64,000 nt of DNA from Candidatus Nomurabacteria bacterium (lineage in GTDB: Bacteria; Patescibacteriota; Minisyncoccia; Phycocordibacterales; UBA918). Below the pieces are notes generated by a model, which worked only from the letters and a program-made list of their open reading frames with translations, did not search any database and was not told the origin of the DNA. Positions 63,246 to 64,000 of the stretch are shown in pieces (the first letter of the stretch is position 1; each line of letters begins with the position of its first letter). The position numbers and the translations under genes were made by a program. The stretch covers positions 624,594 through 688,593 of the forward strand of contig CP060228.1 in the NCBI GenBank assembly GCA_023898565.1. The letters are read 5' to 3'.

Positions 63246-64000
63246 ATGAAATTATTCTCTTTTATTGGACGCTATAAGTGGTATGTCGGTACGGTGGTCA
63301 TCATGGCTGGCGGGCTTTATTTTTATAATCAGGACACCACTGATACAGAAGCAGTCACTAATTTCTACGTTGTAGATACCGTTGAACGTGGTGAGGTGAC
63401 GTCAGGTATTCAGACCACGGGTGATATTGTAGCTGCTCAGAAGCTTGATATTGATGTGTATAAGCAGCTGAGTCGAATCGATGAAGTAAATGTCCAAAAT
63501 GGTAGTCATGTCGAAGTCGGAGATGTCTTGCTGTCTTTTGATAAGAGTGATGCGTATGTAGATACACAGTCAGCGCGTGTGGCGGTGGCTGAAGCGGCAC
63601 TCGCACTTGAGGAAGAGCAGGCAAGTGCCGTGACACCAAGTACACAAATTCGCACGAAAGAAAATCAAATTGCTGGCTATGAAAAAACTATCAGTGACGC
63701 TACGGCCGACATTGCTGATGCGTATGTGGACTTTTTGAACGAGGATTTGGAAGTGGTAGCGCATCCAGATAAGGCAGCTGTGTTATCGGAGCGCACCGAG
63801 CCGCAACTGTCTGGGCGGTATGTCAGCAATATTGAAGGAGTGTACGTGATTGAAGTGTATGGTTCTGGTGCAGATTCTGGGTTTTCGTATCGACTCTCAG
63901 GTCTTGAGACAGCGACAGAGGAAGTGATATTTGGAAAAGCAATGGATATCGGAACGCGTGGACTGAAGGTGACATTCCCAAGTGGTACTAAAAATGGTGA
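63246..64000 (+). CDS. HlyD-family periplasmic adaptor (membrane fusion protein), 5' part; the gene runs off the window end
   Basis: MKLFSFIGRYKWYVGTVVIMAGG (TM), then a beta-barrel/coiled-coil region GDIVAAQKLDI...VEVGDVLLSFD. No stop in the window. Confidence 0.55.
   Translation, partial: MKLFSFIGRYKWYVGTVVIMAGGLYFYNQDTTDTEAVTNFYVVDTVERGEVTSGIQTTGDIVAAQKLDIDVYKQLSRIDEVNVQNGSHVEVGDVLLSFDKSDAYVDTQSARVAVAEAALALEEEQASAVTPSTQIRTKENQIAGYEKTISDATADIADAYVDFLNEDLEVVAHPDKAAVLSERTEPQLSGRYVSNIEGVYVIEVYGSGADSGFSYRLSGLETATEEVIFGKAMDIGTRGLKVTFPSGTKNG

Noticed and set aside
1-64000. Mobile genetic elements (IS, prophage, integrative element)
   Set aside because: I saw no transposase, integrase, recombinase, phage structural or terminase-like ORF. 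The only suggestive footprints are the 19-nt tRNA-Gln duplication and the GC island, neither of which is sufficient for a call.

Overview
This 64 kb window is a dense, mostly housekeeping stretch of a small-genome bacterium. The gene content suggests a Patescibacteria/CPR-like lineage, but that is inference only: a short 368-aa ribosomal protein S1, a 343-aa gamma-only DnaX, a 508-aa IF-2, many TrbC/VirB2-like pilin paralogs, and Excalibur and DUF4332 proteins. I can support about 75 CDS, 9 tRNA genes and a partial NRAMP (mntH) gene at the left edge. The tRNAs are Glu-UUC, Leu-UAG, Lys-CUU, Leu-UAA, Cys-GCA, Tyr-GUA, Trp-CCA, Leu-CAA and Gln-CUG. Confidently recognised products are TrxB, FtsZ, FtsA, YbeY, bS21, a HisRS-like protein, LepB, Pth, S1, GyrA, TrhO, RbfA, IF-2, cysteine desulfurase, ClpB, MiaA, peroxiredoxin, ParB, Rel/SpoT, TopA, DprA, SerS, Dus, a DacA-like carboxypeptidase, DnaX, a DsbB-like oxidoreductase and a multicopper oxidase. 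Almost every transcription unit ends in an unusually long perfect GC-rich hairpin. I see no CRISPR array, integrase or transposase. The stretches I consider most worth a second look are these. First, an ORF-poor ~1.7 kb region between rpsA and an MBL-fold hydrolase gene (10.75-12.6 kb). It holds two copies of a ~90-nt element with a conserved core and covarying 16-19 bp outer stems, a 62% GC island bracketed by a consensus promoter and terminators on the minus strand, a micro-ORF with a strong SD, and a tmRNA-tag-like 'MALAA-UGA-UGA' frame. Second, an array of seven TrbC/VirB2-like pilin paralogs with an embedded GtrA/GT2/GT-C glycosylation triad; one pilin module is fused to a LAS/M15-type metallopeptidase domain. 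Third, a structured RNA-like element downstream of gyrA. Fourth, an unannotated 55-aa Cys/His-rich ORF inside a DsbB/multicopper-oxidase/HlyD cluster. There are also several repeated hairpin and UTR motifs. Hand-mapped coordinates for non-CDS features may be off by 1-2 nt; CDS coordinates follow the supplied ORF track, with starts trimmed where the track used TTG/GTG extensions.
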